A DNA stretch of 64,000 nucleotides, taken from positions 321,732-385,731 of the forward strand of contig OZ242322.1 of NCBI GenBank assembly GCA_965208155.1. Direction: 5' to 3'. Under the pieces are notes generated by a model. That model had not been told where the DNA came from. It was given only the letters and a program-made list of their open reading frames with translations, and searched no databases. Shown piece after piece: positions 9,155-17,365 of this stretch; within the stretch, counting starts at the first letter, position 1, and each line of letters opens with the position of its first letter. Both the position numbers and the translations under genes were made by a program. The DNA comes from Thermodesulfobacteriota bacterium. Its GTDB lineage: Bacteria > Desulfobacterota_D > UBA1144 > Nemesobacterales > Nemesobacteraceae.

Positions 9155-9847
9155 ATGCAGACGCTTGAAGCACTCGTACTCAGAAAATCAAGTTACGGGG
9201 AAGCTGACCTCCTTGTAACCCTCTTCTCAAGAGAACTCGGGAAATTCAGGGCGCTTGCAAAAAACGCGAAAAAAAGCCAGAAGCGCTTCGGGGGACGCCT
9301 TGATTTCTTTAACCGCATCTCAGTCGACGTAACCCTGAACAAAAGAAGATTCAATCTTATCGGGGACGTCACCCTTGAGGAAAGCTACAGGGGGATAACG
9401 GAATCTGTGGACTCTTTTGTCGCAGGCACCCGCGTTCTGGAACTTCTCGATTTCCTTACCCCGGAGCAGGAACCCGCGGACAAGCTGTTTGACTTGGGCA
9501 AAGACACATTGGGGCACCTTTCGGAGAAACAGGAACCGTATTCCGTTTTTCTGGTCTTCCTGCTCCGGGCACTTACTCTTTGCGGATACAGGCCTGATCT
9601 GCGCTTTGACAGGGAAAAGGACATTGCGGGTTTTGACGTGGAAGGCGGGAGAGTCTGTGATTTCGAGAAAACCCGGGGGAAAAAAAATGTCTATCCTTTC
9701 CACATGGACATAATGAGACATCCGGAAATGATGGACACAAACCTGGAGAAAGTAAAAAACAACATACGGGTTCTTACAAGATACTCGGAATACCGGATCG
9801 GAAGGCGCCTTGAGAAAACCGGGTTCGCGGACGAGGCCTCAACATGA
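9155..9847 (+). CDS. recO: DNA repair protein RecO
   Basis: 230 aa; N-terminal OB-fold region (EALVLRKSSYGEADLLVTLFSRELGK) and overall length typical of RecO. Confidence 0.85.
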   Translation: MQTLEALVLRKSSYGEADLLVTLFSRELGKFRALAKNAKKSQKRFGGRLDFFNRISVDVTLNKRRFNLIGDVTLEESYRGITESVDSFVAGTRVLELLDFLTPEQEPADKLFDLGKDTLGHLSEKQEPYSVFLVFLLRALTLCGYRPDLRFDREKDIAGFDVEGGRVCDFEKTRGKKNVYPFHMDIMRHPEMMDTNLEKVKNNIRVLTRYSEYRIGRRLEKTGFADEAST

Positions 9848-9863
9848 GACAGATGTGTCCGGG

Positions 9864-11042
9864 TCAGGTTCTGTAATCAGAGTTGATCGAGACATACTTG
9901 TGACTCAGATCGCTTGTCAGAACTGAATAATCCGCCTTGCCCTCCCCCAGGCTGAGCGTCACCGTGAAGGACGGTTTTTTGAATACGGAGGCGAACCTTG
10001 ATTCCGGTTTAGACCTTACCCCTTTTGAAAACACTTCTGTTCCACCAAAATAAAGTTTTATTTTTTCCGGATCGAATTTCACGCCGGCTCTCCCGGCGGC
10101 CGCCACTATCCTTCCCCAGTTGGCGTCCTCCCCGTAAAACGCGGTCTTAACAAGCTGGGAAGTGGCTATGGTCCTCGCAATCTTCTCGGCGTCTCCTTTG
10201 GTCCTTGCTTCGGTAACATTGATCCTGACGACCTTCGTAGCCCCTTCGCCGTCTCTTACTATCATTTCGGCGATTTCTCCGCACAGAGACGAAAGCACCT
10301 TCACGAACTTGCCGTAATCCCGGCTTTTCTCCGTGATTTCCCTGTTTCCCAGAACCCCGTTTGCGAGGATAAAAACGGAGTCATTCGGGGAAGTGTCCCC
10401 GTCAACCGTAATGGCGTTAAAAGAGCCGCTTGCCGCTTCGGCAAGAGCCTTTGAGAGGGCTTTTCGCTGAATACTAAGATCGGTCATTATAAAACAGAGC
10501 ATGGTCGCCATGTCAGGACATATCATCCCCGCTCCCTTGCCGATAGCCGAGACGGTGGCGGTCTTTTCTCCCACGGCAAACTGCCTTGATGCGTACTTGG
10601 GAAAGGAGTCGGTCGTCATGATTGCTTCGGCAGCCTCGCGGACATTGTCTTCCCCGAGACTCTTTACGAGACTGGGGATGGACTTTTTGATTTTTCCGAC
10701 ACGCAACCACTCTCCCGTAACCCCGGTCGACGAAGGAATCACTAGCGATTCGTCTATTCCGAGCCGTGCTGAGAGCGCGTTTGCGACTTCGAGCGCGTCT
10801 TCATAGCCCCTTTGGCCCGTAAAGGCGTTAGCGTTTACGCTGTTTATTATCAGCGCCTGACAAAATCCGCCGCCTAGCCTCTCCTGCGCAACAAGCAGCG
10901 GGGCGCCTTTTATTAAGTTTTCCGTGAATATGGCGGCCGTGCGGGCGGGAGCGGTTGAGAATATAAGCGCCAGATCCTTTCCCCCGTTTTTCCTAAGCCC
11001 GGCAGATACGCCGCTTAACAGAAATCCCGGTACGTTTTTCAT
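9864..11042 (-). CDS. argJ: Bifunctional glutamate N-acetyltransferase/amino-acid acetyltransferase ArgJ
   Basis: ArgJ motifs throughout (ATMLCFIMTD, self-cleaving T in ...ATML). Probable start is Met6 of the listed ORF (MKNVPGFLLSG). Confidence 0.9.
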   Translation of the reverse strand: MKNVPGFLLSGVSAGLRKNGGKDLALIFSTAPARTAAIFTENLIKGAPLLVAQERLGGGFCQALIINSVNANAFTGQRGYEDALEVANALSARLGIDESLVIPSSTGVTGEWLRVGKIKKSIPSLVKSLGEDNVREAAEAIMTTDSFPKYASRQFAVGEKTATVSAIGKGAGMICPDMATMLCFIMTDLSIQRKALSKALAEAASGSFNAITVDGDTSPNDSVFILANGVLGNREITEKSRDYGKFVKVLSSLCGEIAEMIVRDGEGATKVVRINVTEARTKGDAEKIARTIATSQLVKTAFYGEDANWGRIVAAAGRAGVKFDPEKIKLYFGGTEVFSKGVRSKPESRFASVFKKPSFTVTLSLGEGKADYSVLTSDLSHKYVSINSDYRT

Positions 11043-11231
11043 TTCGCAAGTGCACATAAAACTAAGATTTTCCCCAAACAGATTTCAGTCTTGGCATTCA
11101 GTATATCTAATATAATAGTACGCATGTTGTTTGCAGAATAAAATCAAAAAGGCTTCTAGGAGGGTACCACTGAATTACATTTAATTGCTGATAAAGTGAA
11201 CTTAGAGTTGGCGCAAAAATAACTTCCGGTT

Positions 11232-12107
11232 TTATCTTGGCTTGATAGTGTAATTCCACCTTGGGATTTCAGTGTCAGCAGTTATATTGAGGCTTTCCAT
11301 TTCACTTTCAGAGATTCTGACCCCTTTTTCGTACTGTTTTTCAACCAGATGAGCCGTAACACTCAGTCCGGCGCTGGTCGTGGTTGAATCGATATATCCG
11401 AGTATAGTCTCCAGATCAACAAGCGGCACACCAGCCCAGTTCTTGCTGATCTCGCTGAACAGACGATGTTCTACAGGATTCCATTTTGAAGTGCCCGTTG
11501 GATAGTGAGCAACGGTGACGGTAATGTCGCAGGGGTCGCACAGACTGTTCTGCAACGCACTTTTCCACGCACGTGGGCGACATCCGTTACTGCCTCCAGA
11601 GTCGGCAAGAATGATCAATTCGCTGGTATGGGGGTATATTAATTGTCCCTGGTCACGCCACCATGCGGCCACGCAATCAACAGCAAACTCCGGAGTGTCG
11701 TTGGAAGTTCCGACAAAGACGGTGCCAGTATTGGTATGAATATCGTAGATGCCATAGGGAACAGCAATCCCGTCGGCCAAAGAGCGGAAGTCGTGGTCAT
11801 TAACACACTCGGGGTGACGGCCCCATTTGGAACCATGATTTTTAAAGCGCCCGATCAGTTCTTTTTTCTTGGTGTCAATGCTGATAACAGGAATCTTTTG
11901 ATCGCGTCCGCGATTGCGTAACACGGAAATACGCTCAAACTGCAAGTTTCGCTGCGGGTGGTCAACCGCGCAAAGCGTCTTGTGATTAACCCGCAATGAG
12001 TATTTCATCATGCGCAGAAGCCTGGCAACGGTGCGTGGACAGACGCTGATGTTGAGACTGTGCAGAGCTTCAGACAGTCTTGCTGTGGTGCAACGCACCC
12101 ATTTCAC
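11232..12107 (-). CDS. ISAzo13-family transposase, orfB (DDE catalytic part)
   Basis: 291 aa; Rhodopirellula/ISAzo13-type transposase core (DSGGSNG..., HYPTGTSKWNPVEHRLFS). Reading frame is -1 relative to orfA. Confidence 0.75.
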   Translation of the reverse strand: MKWVRCTTARLSEALHSLNISVCPRTVARLLRMMKYSLRVNHKTLCAVDHPQRNLQFERISVLRNRGRDQKIPVISIDTKKKELIGRFKNHGSKWGRHPECVNDHDFRSLADGIAVPYGIYDIHTNTGTVFVGTSNDTPEFAVDCVAAWWRDQGQLIYPHTSELIILADSGGSNGCRPRAWKSALQNSLCDPCDITVTVAHYPTGTSKWNPVEHRLFSEISKNWAGVPLVDLETILGYIDSTTTSAGLSVTAHLVEKQYEKGVRISESEMESLNITADTEIPRWNYTIKPR

Positions 12108-12163
12108 AGCACTGCACGGGTCTCCCGCGGTGTCATGATCAACAAGTTTCCGTATATGCTCTA

Positions 12164-12397
12164 TTATTTCGAGGTTTTTTTTTCAATCCGCTTGCGACCG
12201 CCACCCGGCTTGCGAATCCTCTCCTTGATAACTTCACCGGACAGAAGCTCGTGACGACCACGCGAAACAGTAGCAGGGTCAAGTTGCAGGGCGTGTGCCA
12301 TCTGAGCGTCTCCCCCGTGTCCAAGACGCGCCGATTCAAGCCCCGCGTACAAACGCCGCTGACGCTCGTTGAGCGTATCAAAAAACAATGAGATCAT
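12164..12397 (-). CDS. ISAzo13-family transposase, orfA (HTH N-terminal part)
   Basis: Start at Met110 of ORF 12164..12724 (MISLFFDTLNERQRRLYAGLESARLGHGGD...). Ends in ...RIEKKTSK* just after the A9 slippery run (G AAA AAA AAC). Confidence 0.65.
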   Translation of the reverse strand: MISLFFDTLNERQRRLYAGLESARLGHGGDAQMAHALQLDPATVSRGRHELLSGEVIKERIRKPGGGRKRIEKKTSK

Positions 12398-12530
12398 CTT
12401 CCCCGATTCTTCGTCTGTCTTTCGCTTTACGGGCCGCGCAACCACGGCGGCCGTACGTGCCCGAAGCTGTCGCGCATTTATCTCTTCGGTGTTTTTCAGG
12501 GTAGTTGTCGCATGTTTTGTTTCATTCGCC

Positions 12531-13634
12531 CTAACGATTACCTCCAATAATCTCCATGTCAAATTGATTTGATTCATGTAAAACTTCTCTGTTGTAGTTG
12601 TCAGGATTAAGAAAGACCTCCGGTATTTCAGACCAGTTGCGCGTTTTACCTGACCAGCGACTGGGGTTCTTTGCCTTGGCTCGCTCGTAGACACGGGCGC
12701 GTTGCGAGAGCACCTCTTTGTCAAGACCCTCGTGACGCTGCTGTGGCGTAACGAACTTTATGGCGCTGTGCAGATGCTCCGTATTGTACCATCTGACAAA
12801 GTCATCAACCCACCACCGCGCCTGTACTATTTCTTCAAACCCTCTGTGGGGATAATACGGCACGTATTTCATCGTCCGAAACAACGACTCCGAATAAGCG
12901 TTGTCACTGCTTACTCCCGAGCGGCTGAAAGACGGAATCACCCCGAGCTTCTCCAAGGTCACAAGCAGAACAGATCCCCTCATTGCTCCTCCGTTATCGG
13001 AGTGCAGAGTCACCTGATCGGGTTCTATTGCTTCCCTGTGACAGATATCAGTCATTAGGTCCGCGGCCAGAGCGCTTGATTCCTTCTCGTAGACCTGCCA
13101 CCCGACTATCTTCCTGCTGTATATGTCCATCACCATGTACAGGTAAAAATAGATTCCCCCAACACTTGCCGGGAGCCACGTTATGTCCCAGCTGTAAATC
13201 TGGTTCGGGCCGGTTGCTTTAAGCTGTTTTGGTTTCTTTAAGCTCTTGGGTTTGGAACGATGACGATGGGTCATCTGTCCCTGCTCTTTAAGAACCCTGT
13301 AGAACGTTGATTCACTGGCTATATAAAGGCCGGAATCGGCGAGTGCGGGCACTATCTTGCACGGAGGCAGCCCCGAGTATCCGGGGGCGTTTGCAACCTT
13401 CTTAATCTCCCTTCTTTCCTCCTCGCTAAGCTTGTTAGCAGGCTCATGACGGGCATCTGTTCGCCCGTCATGAGCATTGTCCGGCTTTGACCATCTCTGA
13501 AGCGTTCTGATGCTTATTCCGGCGATCTCACAAGCTTTGTTGCGTTTTGCGCCGGATTTCACCGCTTGATCAATCAAGCCGATTATCTTCTCTCTGTCTT
13601 CACTCAAAGTCAGTCGACCTCTTCTGTCTCCCAT
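12531..13634 (-). CDS. IS3-family transposase OrfB (rve integrase core)
   Basis: 367-aa ORF including the frameshift overlap; DDE/rve region (WSWDITW...DIYSRKIVGW...HSDNG...SESLFRTMK). Confidence 0.8.
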   Translation of the reverse strand: MGDRRGRLTLSEDREKIIGLIDQAVKSGAKRNKACEIAGISIRTLQRWSKPDNAHDGRTDARHEPANKLSEEERREIKKVANAPGYSGLPPCKIVPALADSGLYIASESTFYRVLKEQGQMTHRHRSKPKSLKKPKQLKATGPNQIYSWDITWLPASVGGIYFYLYMVMDIYSRKIVGWQVYEKESSALAADLMTDICHREAIEPDQVTLHSDNGGAMRGSVLLVTLEKLGVIPSFSRSGVSSDNAYSESLFRTMKYVPYYPHRGFEEIVQARWWVDDFVRWYNTEHLHSAIKFVTPQQRHEGLDKEVLSQRARVYERAKAKNPSRWSGKTRNWSEIPEVFLNPDNYNREVLHESNQFDMEIIGGNR

Positions 13635-14104
13635 ATCTGGTCGGCTTTTTTTTTAAGAACAAGAAGCGCCGCGGTTTCGGCCAGAGCCTTCTCCTTTCTT
13701 CGCAGTTGCTTTTTAAGAGACTTGTTCTCCTGAGTGAGCTGTTTTATTCGAGCGTTGCCCGAAGAGGAAGATTTCAGGGGAGTTTCTGCAAACTCTTTTC
13801 TCCATGTTTTTATGTGATGGGGAAAGAGTCCTTTCTCCCTGCACCAGGAACTTGTGTGTTCTTCGTCCATGGATTCACAGGCTATAACGGCCTGAAGTTT
13901 CTGTTCCTGGGTCCATTGCTGGGGAGTTTTTTCCCTGGACATATTCTCCTCCGCGAGAAGGTGGTTTTGAGATTTAGCGATCCACCTTCGCAGAGTAGAA
14001 TAATCTATGCCGAAGCTTAGCGCCACGGAATTGATAGAAACATCAGGTGGGCGGCTGAGAGCTTTTTCAACAGCCTGGGTTTTGAATTCGTAACTGTACC
14101 GCAT
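13610..14104 (-). CDS. IS3-family transposase OrfA (HTH plus leucine zipper)
   Basis: Start ATG at 14104 with GGAGGA RBS upstream (MRYSYEFKTQAVEKAL...). The track shows a longer TTG-initiated version. Confidence 0.75.
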   Translation of the reverse strand: MRYSYEFKTQAVEKALSRPPDVSINSVALSFGIDYSTLRRWIAKSQNHLLAEENMSREKTPQQWTQEQKLQAVIACESMDEEHTSSWCREKGLFPHHIKTWRKEFAETPLKSSSSGNARIKQLTQENKSLKKQLRRKEKALAETAALLVLKKKADQIWETEEVD

Positions 14105-14120
14105 AAGAGTTGTCCTCCTT

Positions 14121-14160
14121 TTTTCAATTCTCAAAAATTTAAATTTTTGAGAATTGAAAA
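14121..14160. repeat. 40-bp perfect AT-rich palindrome
   Basis: TTTTCAATTCTCAAAAATTT|AAATTTTTGAGAATTGAAAA; the right half is the exact reverse complement of the left. Lies between the IS3 left inverted repeat and the orfA RBS. Confidence 0.8.
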
Positions 14161-14189
14161 TTCAAAAATCGCGACAACTCCCCTGACAT

Positions 14190-14661
14190 CTTTGTCAGCA
14201 GCGCAGTAAAGATAACGTCCGTCAACCTTTTTACGGTCAAGCCGCATGGAAACGCACAGCTTGGCGAGTGTACTGCCGCAACTGACTCCCGCAATCTCAT
14301 CAAGCTCTGCGCAATACAGACCATCAGACGATTCCGATACCAAAGCCACCGCAGTGTCTCCAAGAGTACCGTGCTTTGAGAAGTGAATGCCGTTGTGCTC
14401 CCACAGCCCGTGTTTGTCAAACTGCACCGTTTCGACAAGAGTGTAGTATTTGCCTCCATGGGAATAGCTTGACAGATAGTCAAATTGGGCAAACTTTCGG
14501 AATACAGTACGTCGCGAACCATGACCGATAGCCTTCTGTATTTGTTGCAGAGTGACTACGATGTGGCTGCGCATGAAGTCCTTGATGATCTGCGCGGAAT
14601 ATGTTTCTGTTCTCATTGCGGCACCTCTCCAGTATAGATACCTTATATAGTGCCGGAACAA
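14190..14661 (-). pseudogene. Gene remnant: 5' part of an unidentified gene truncated by the IS3 insertion
   Basis: ORF 14131..14661 reads from native DNA into the IS3 left end; the last ~19 codons are IS-encoded. No continuation is found beyond the IS cluster. No family recognised. Confidence 0.35.
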
Positions 14662-14758
14662 TCTATGCCAGTCAAGATATCTTAAAGAGTGAAAGTACTT
14701 TATATTGTGGGGGAATTAAAGGAGTATGTGCATTTATTGCCTTCTCTGGTAATCGACA

Positions 14759-15010
14759 TTAATGACACGACTGCTGTAGGTTAATGGAATTTGTTTTTGC
14801 GCAAGCCCTTAGCCTGCAACAAACAGTTCCCTTGAGAGGCCCGAGCGACTTATACTGGAGCGTACCAACTGGAATATCTTTGTTGCCATGACAAGGAACA
14901 ACTACAATCTTTCCAGTCCGTTTACTTTCGTACTTGAAATGACTGCCTTTCGAACTCTTGAGCACAAATCCCTAGTTCAATAAGACTTCTCTTACTTTGT
15001 TGAAAGGCAG
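14759..15010 (-). pseudogene. hicA: HicA-family mRNA interferase toxin with an in-frame amber stop
   Basis: Reading ...NKVREVLLN*GFVLKSSKGSHFKYESKRTGKIVVVPCHGNKDIPVGTL matches the HicA GSH...HP/TVP motifs. TAG at ~14972..14974 interrupts the N-terminus. The track ORF 14759..14965 starts at GTG after the stop. Confidence 0.6.
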
Positions 15011-15032
15011 GGGGACAAGGCAGCTCAAAATT

Positions 15033-15260
15033 CTACCTTGCTAAAGAAATTTGCACTGAACTGATATTCACAGGAGACATAAAGACAGTTATTTCCTGAA
15101 TCTCCTCCTCTGACATATCTTCAAGAAACAACTCCATTGCTTCTTTGTGGTGCTCAATGGCTTCTTCTTCCGTGTCTCCATAACTCGAAACCAGAGTTAC
15201 CGGACAAAGGGATACATAAGTATTCCCTTCTTTTCTTATTAACACCGTGAAGTCTTTCAT
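15033..15260 (-). CDS. hicB: HicB-family antitoxin
   Basis: Probable start Met33 of ORF 15033..15356 (MKDFTVLIRKEGNTYVSLCPVTLVSSYGDTEEEAIEHHKEAMELFLED): UPF0150/HicB fold signature. Immediately upstream of the hicA remnant. Confidence 0.65.
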   Translation of the reverse strand: MKDFTVLIRKEGNTYVSLCPVTLVSSYGDTEEEAIEHHKEAMELFLEDMSEEEIQEITVFMSPVNISSVQISLAR

Positions 15261-15408
15261 GCTGGAATCATAACACAATCGGAAGCTTATTTGCCTGGAA
15301 TTCTTGCGTTTTATCGACTTTCCAGGTTTCTCTGCAATCCACTTTTCAACATGCATGTACTTTATGATACAGGCTACGAAGCATCATTTCTTCGCGCGTT
15401 TGCTCGGT

Positions 15409-16515
15409 TCATCCATGATCAGAACCGGTTATTTCGCTCAGCCTGCTGATTCCGTTTTCATCCATAAACTCGACAAGCCCCCTATTTATGGAGTTTGCAA
15501 CCGAAAGCCCCTCGCCGCGAAGGCCCGTAACTATCTGGACGGCCTTTGCTCCCGCCCGCAGCTTTTCAAGTGCCGAAGCGGTATCGCACACCCCTCCTGA
15601 CCCGATTATATCAATCTGGCCGTCCGTAGCGCGGTAGATATGAGAAATAATTGACGTGGAAAGCGATCTGTACTCAAGGTCGTTCCCGCTCACTCCTCCG
15701 GGAACATCCCTCCACTTCGCGCCGTACTTTGCCTTAACGGCGGAGCTGGCAGTAGTGTTGGTGGCTATCACTCCCGAAATCCCGGAATCCGTCACAACCC
15801 TCAGTACATCGTCTACGGCTCCCGGAGCAAGATCGGGAGAGATCTTGACAAACAGGGAGTGCCCGTCCGCCGAGAAACCGCCAAGGCTCTCCCCTACCGC
15901 CTGCACTATGGCCTCGAGGTAATTTCTTCCCTGAAGCCTTCTTAACCCCGGAGTGTTAGGAGAACTTACGTTCAGCGTAAAGTAGGAAGCGTTATCGCGA
16001 AACTTCCGCGCGACGGCCGCGTAGGCCTGCGGTGCGTCTGCGTGGCTAACGTCCGAGTTCACTCCCAGGTTTATACCGACCGGAATGTCAAGACGGCCGT
16101 ACCGCGAAATATTCTGGAAAACCTCGTCCATCCCTGGGCTGTTAAGTCCGAGAGAATTGATACAGACCTCGGGAGTTATCATGAACTGCCTGGGTTTCGG
16201 ATTGCCCTTCTGTAGTCTTTCCACCACGGAACCCACTTCAACCCCTGCAAAACCTATAGCGTGGAGGGCCCGCACCGCTCTGCCTGTCTTGTCCCATCCC
16301 GCTCCCACTACAAGTGGATTTTCAAAGTACACTCCCCCTGCGGTAACGCCGAGGCGCTCGTCAGACACCCTGGTTCCTCCGCTAGAGACAAACTCAAGGA
16401 GCCTTAACGTGTGAACCGACATCTCGCAGAAGCGCATAACCTCCTTTGCGCGGATGTGCCACGTCTCAGAATCAAGCCGGTCAAGAAGCGGCCTCACAAA
16501 AATCTTATAGCTCAT
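15409..16515 (-). CDS. pyrD: Dihydroorotate dehydrogenase (quinone), class 2
   Basis: 368 aa; PyrD motifs (NPLVVGAG...GFAGVEVGSV, NVSSPNTPGLR, IIGSGGV). N-terminal extension typical of the membrane-associated class 2 enzyme. Confidence 0.9.
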   Translation of the reverse strand: MSYKIFVRPLLDRLDSETWHIRAKEVMRFCEMSVHTLRLLEFVSSGGTRVSDERLGVTAGGVYFENPLVVGAGWDKTGRAVRALHAIGFAGVEVGSVVERLQKGNPKPRQFMITPEVCINSLGLNSPGMDEVFQNISRYGRLDIPVGINLGVNSDVSHADAPQAYAAVARKFRDNASYFTLNVSSPNTPGLRRLQGRNYLEAIVQAVGESLGGFSADGHSLFVKISPDLAPGAVDDVLRVVTDSGISGVIATNTTASSAVKAKYGAKWRDVPGGVSGNDLEYRSLSTSIISHIYRATDGQIDIIGSGGVCDTASALEKLRAGAKAVQIVTGLRGEGLSVANSINRGLVEFMDENGISRLSEITGSDHG

Positions 16516-16519
16516 CGAT

Positions 16520-17215
16520 TCATATTTCCAGCTGTTTTGAATTCTGCTTCAACCATTGCCGACACTCTTTGAAGTCAGGAACAACTCTCTCCACATGACG
16601 CCAGTAATCTGGCGAGTGATTGTGTTCCAGAATGTGACACAGCTCATGCACTACCACATAGTCAACAATGCGGTGGGGCGCTATCACTATCCTCCAGTTA
16701 TAGGAGATATCCCCTCTTGTTGAACACGAACCCCACCTGGACTTATAGTCCTTTACTGATACGGAACCGGGCTCTACCTGAAGGATTTTTGCGTACCTGC
16801 GGGTTTTTTCTTCAAGCCTCTCCCGCGCGCGTTTTTGATACCACTTAACAAGAAGAGACCTTATCTGTTCTTCTTTTGTTCCCAGGGAACCTGAGACGAT
16901 TACCTCAAGGTATCCCCCTCGGAGCTTCACGGATGAAGTATCGCCGTCGAGAACTTTTAACCTGTAGTTTTTCCCAAGATAGGAAAAAGTTTCTCCGCTC
17001 ACAAATTCCCTGGGCCTTGGTGGCGCCGCAAGCTCGGCTTCCCTCAGCTTCCGCTTTATCCAGGGAGATTTCCTTACTATAAGGTCGCGCACATAACTGT
17101 CCGATATGCCCTCGGGAACCCTTACCTTTATTCCCTCTCCATCAAGATAAATGGACGCAGACCTCCTGCGGCTCGTTCTTATCACTTCAACCGGAAACTC
17201 AAATCCATCCGTCAC
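16520..17215 (-). CDS. YgjP/DUF45-like (M48-like) metal-dependent hydrolase, commonly linked to Type I R-M loci
   Basis: 231 aa with HELCHILEHNH zinc-binding motif and WxxV tail; sits directly downstream of hsdR. Confidence 0.8.
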   Translation of the reverse strand: MTDGFEFPVEVIRTSRRRSASIYLDGEGIKVRVPEGISDSYVRDLIVRKSPWIKRKLREAELAAPPRPREFVSGETFSYLGKNYRLKVLDGDTSSVKLRGGYLEVIVSGSLGTKEEQIRSLLVKWYQKRARERLEEKTRRYAKILQVEPGSVSVKDYKSRWGSCSTRGDISYNWRIVIAPHRIVDYVVVHELCHILEHNHSPDYWRHVERVVPDFKECRQWLKQNSKQLEI

Positions 17216-17365
17216 TTGAATTTCACCTCCGCAAGCTCCATGAACCGGTCAGTAACAGGTTTTACGAGAGATTCGTCAAAATTCTTAATCACGATTCTTC
17301 TTATCTCCAGTCTGACTCTTTTCTGTTCATCCCATTTATCGAAGAAATCAACTATCTGTGTCGCC

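Larger units (their letters stand above)
11140..12491 (-). mobile_element. ISAzo13-family IS element (ends approximate)
   Basis: Transposase in two overlapping frames, orfA 12164..12397 and orfB 11232..12107, joined by a -1 frameshift on an A9 run (T-run at ~12175..12183 on the plus strand). orfA N-terminus LNERQRRLYAGLE...HGG is typical of ISAzo13/Rhodopirellula-type transposases. Confidence 0.6.
12492..14189 (-). mobile_element. IS3-family IS element (IS150-like group; ends approximate)
   Basis: orfA and orfB overlap with a -1 frameshift at an A9 run (LVLKKKA; T-run at ~13646..13654 on the plus strand). Imperfect inverted repeats containing TCAGGG(G/T)AGTTGTCGC near 12492..12520 and 14165..14189. 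Confidence 0.65.

Noticed and set aside
12369-12572. 67-aa plus-strand ORF between the two IS elements.
   Set aside because: It lies antisense within IS transposase coding/terminal regions (ISAzo13 orfA start and IS3 orfB end) and is most likely noise.
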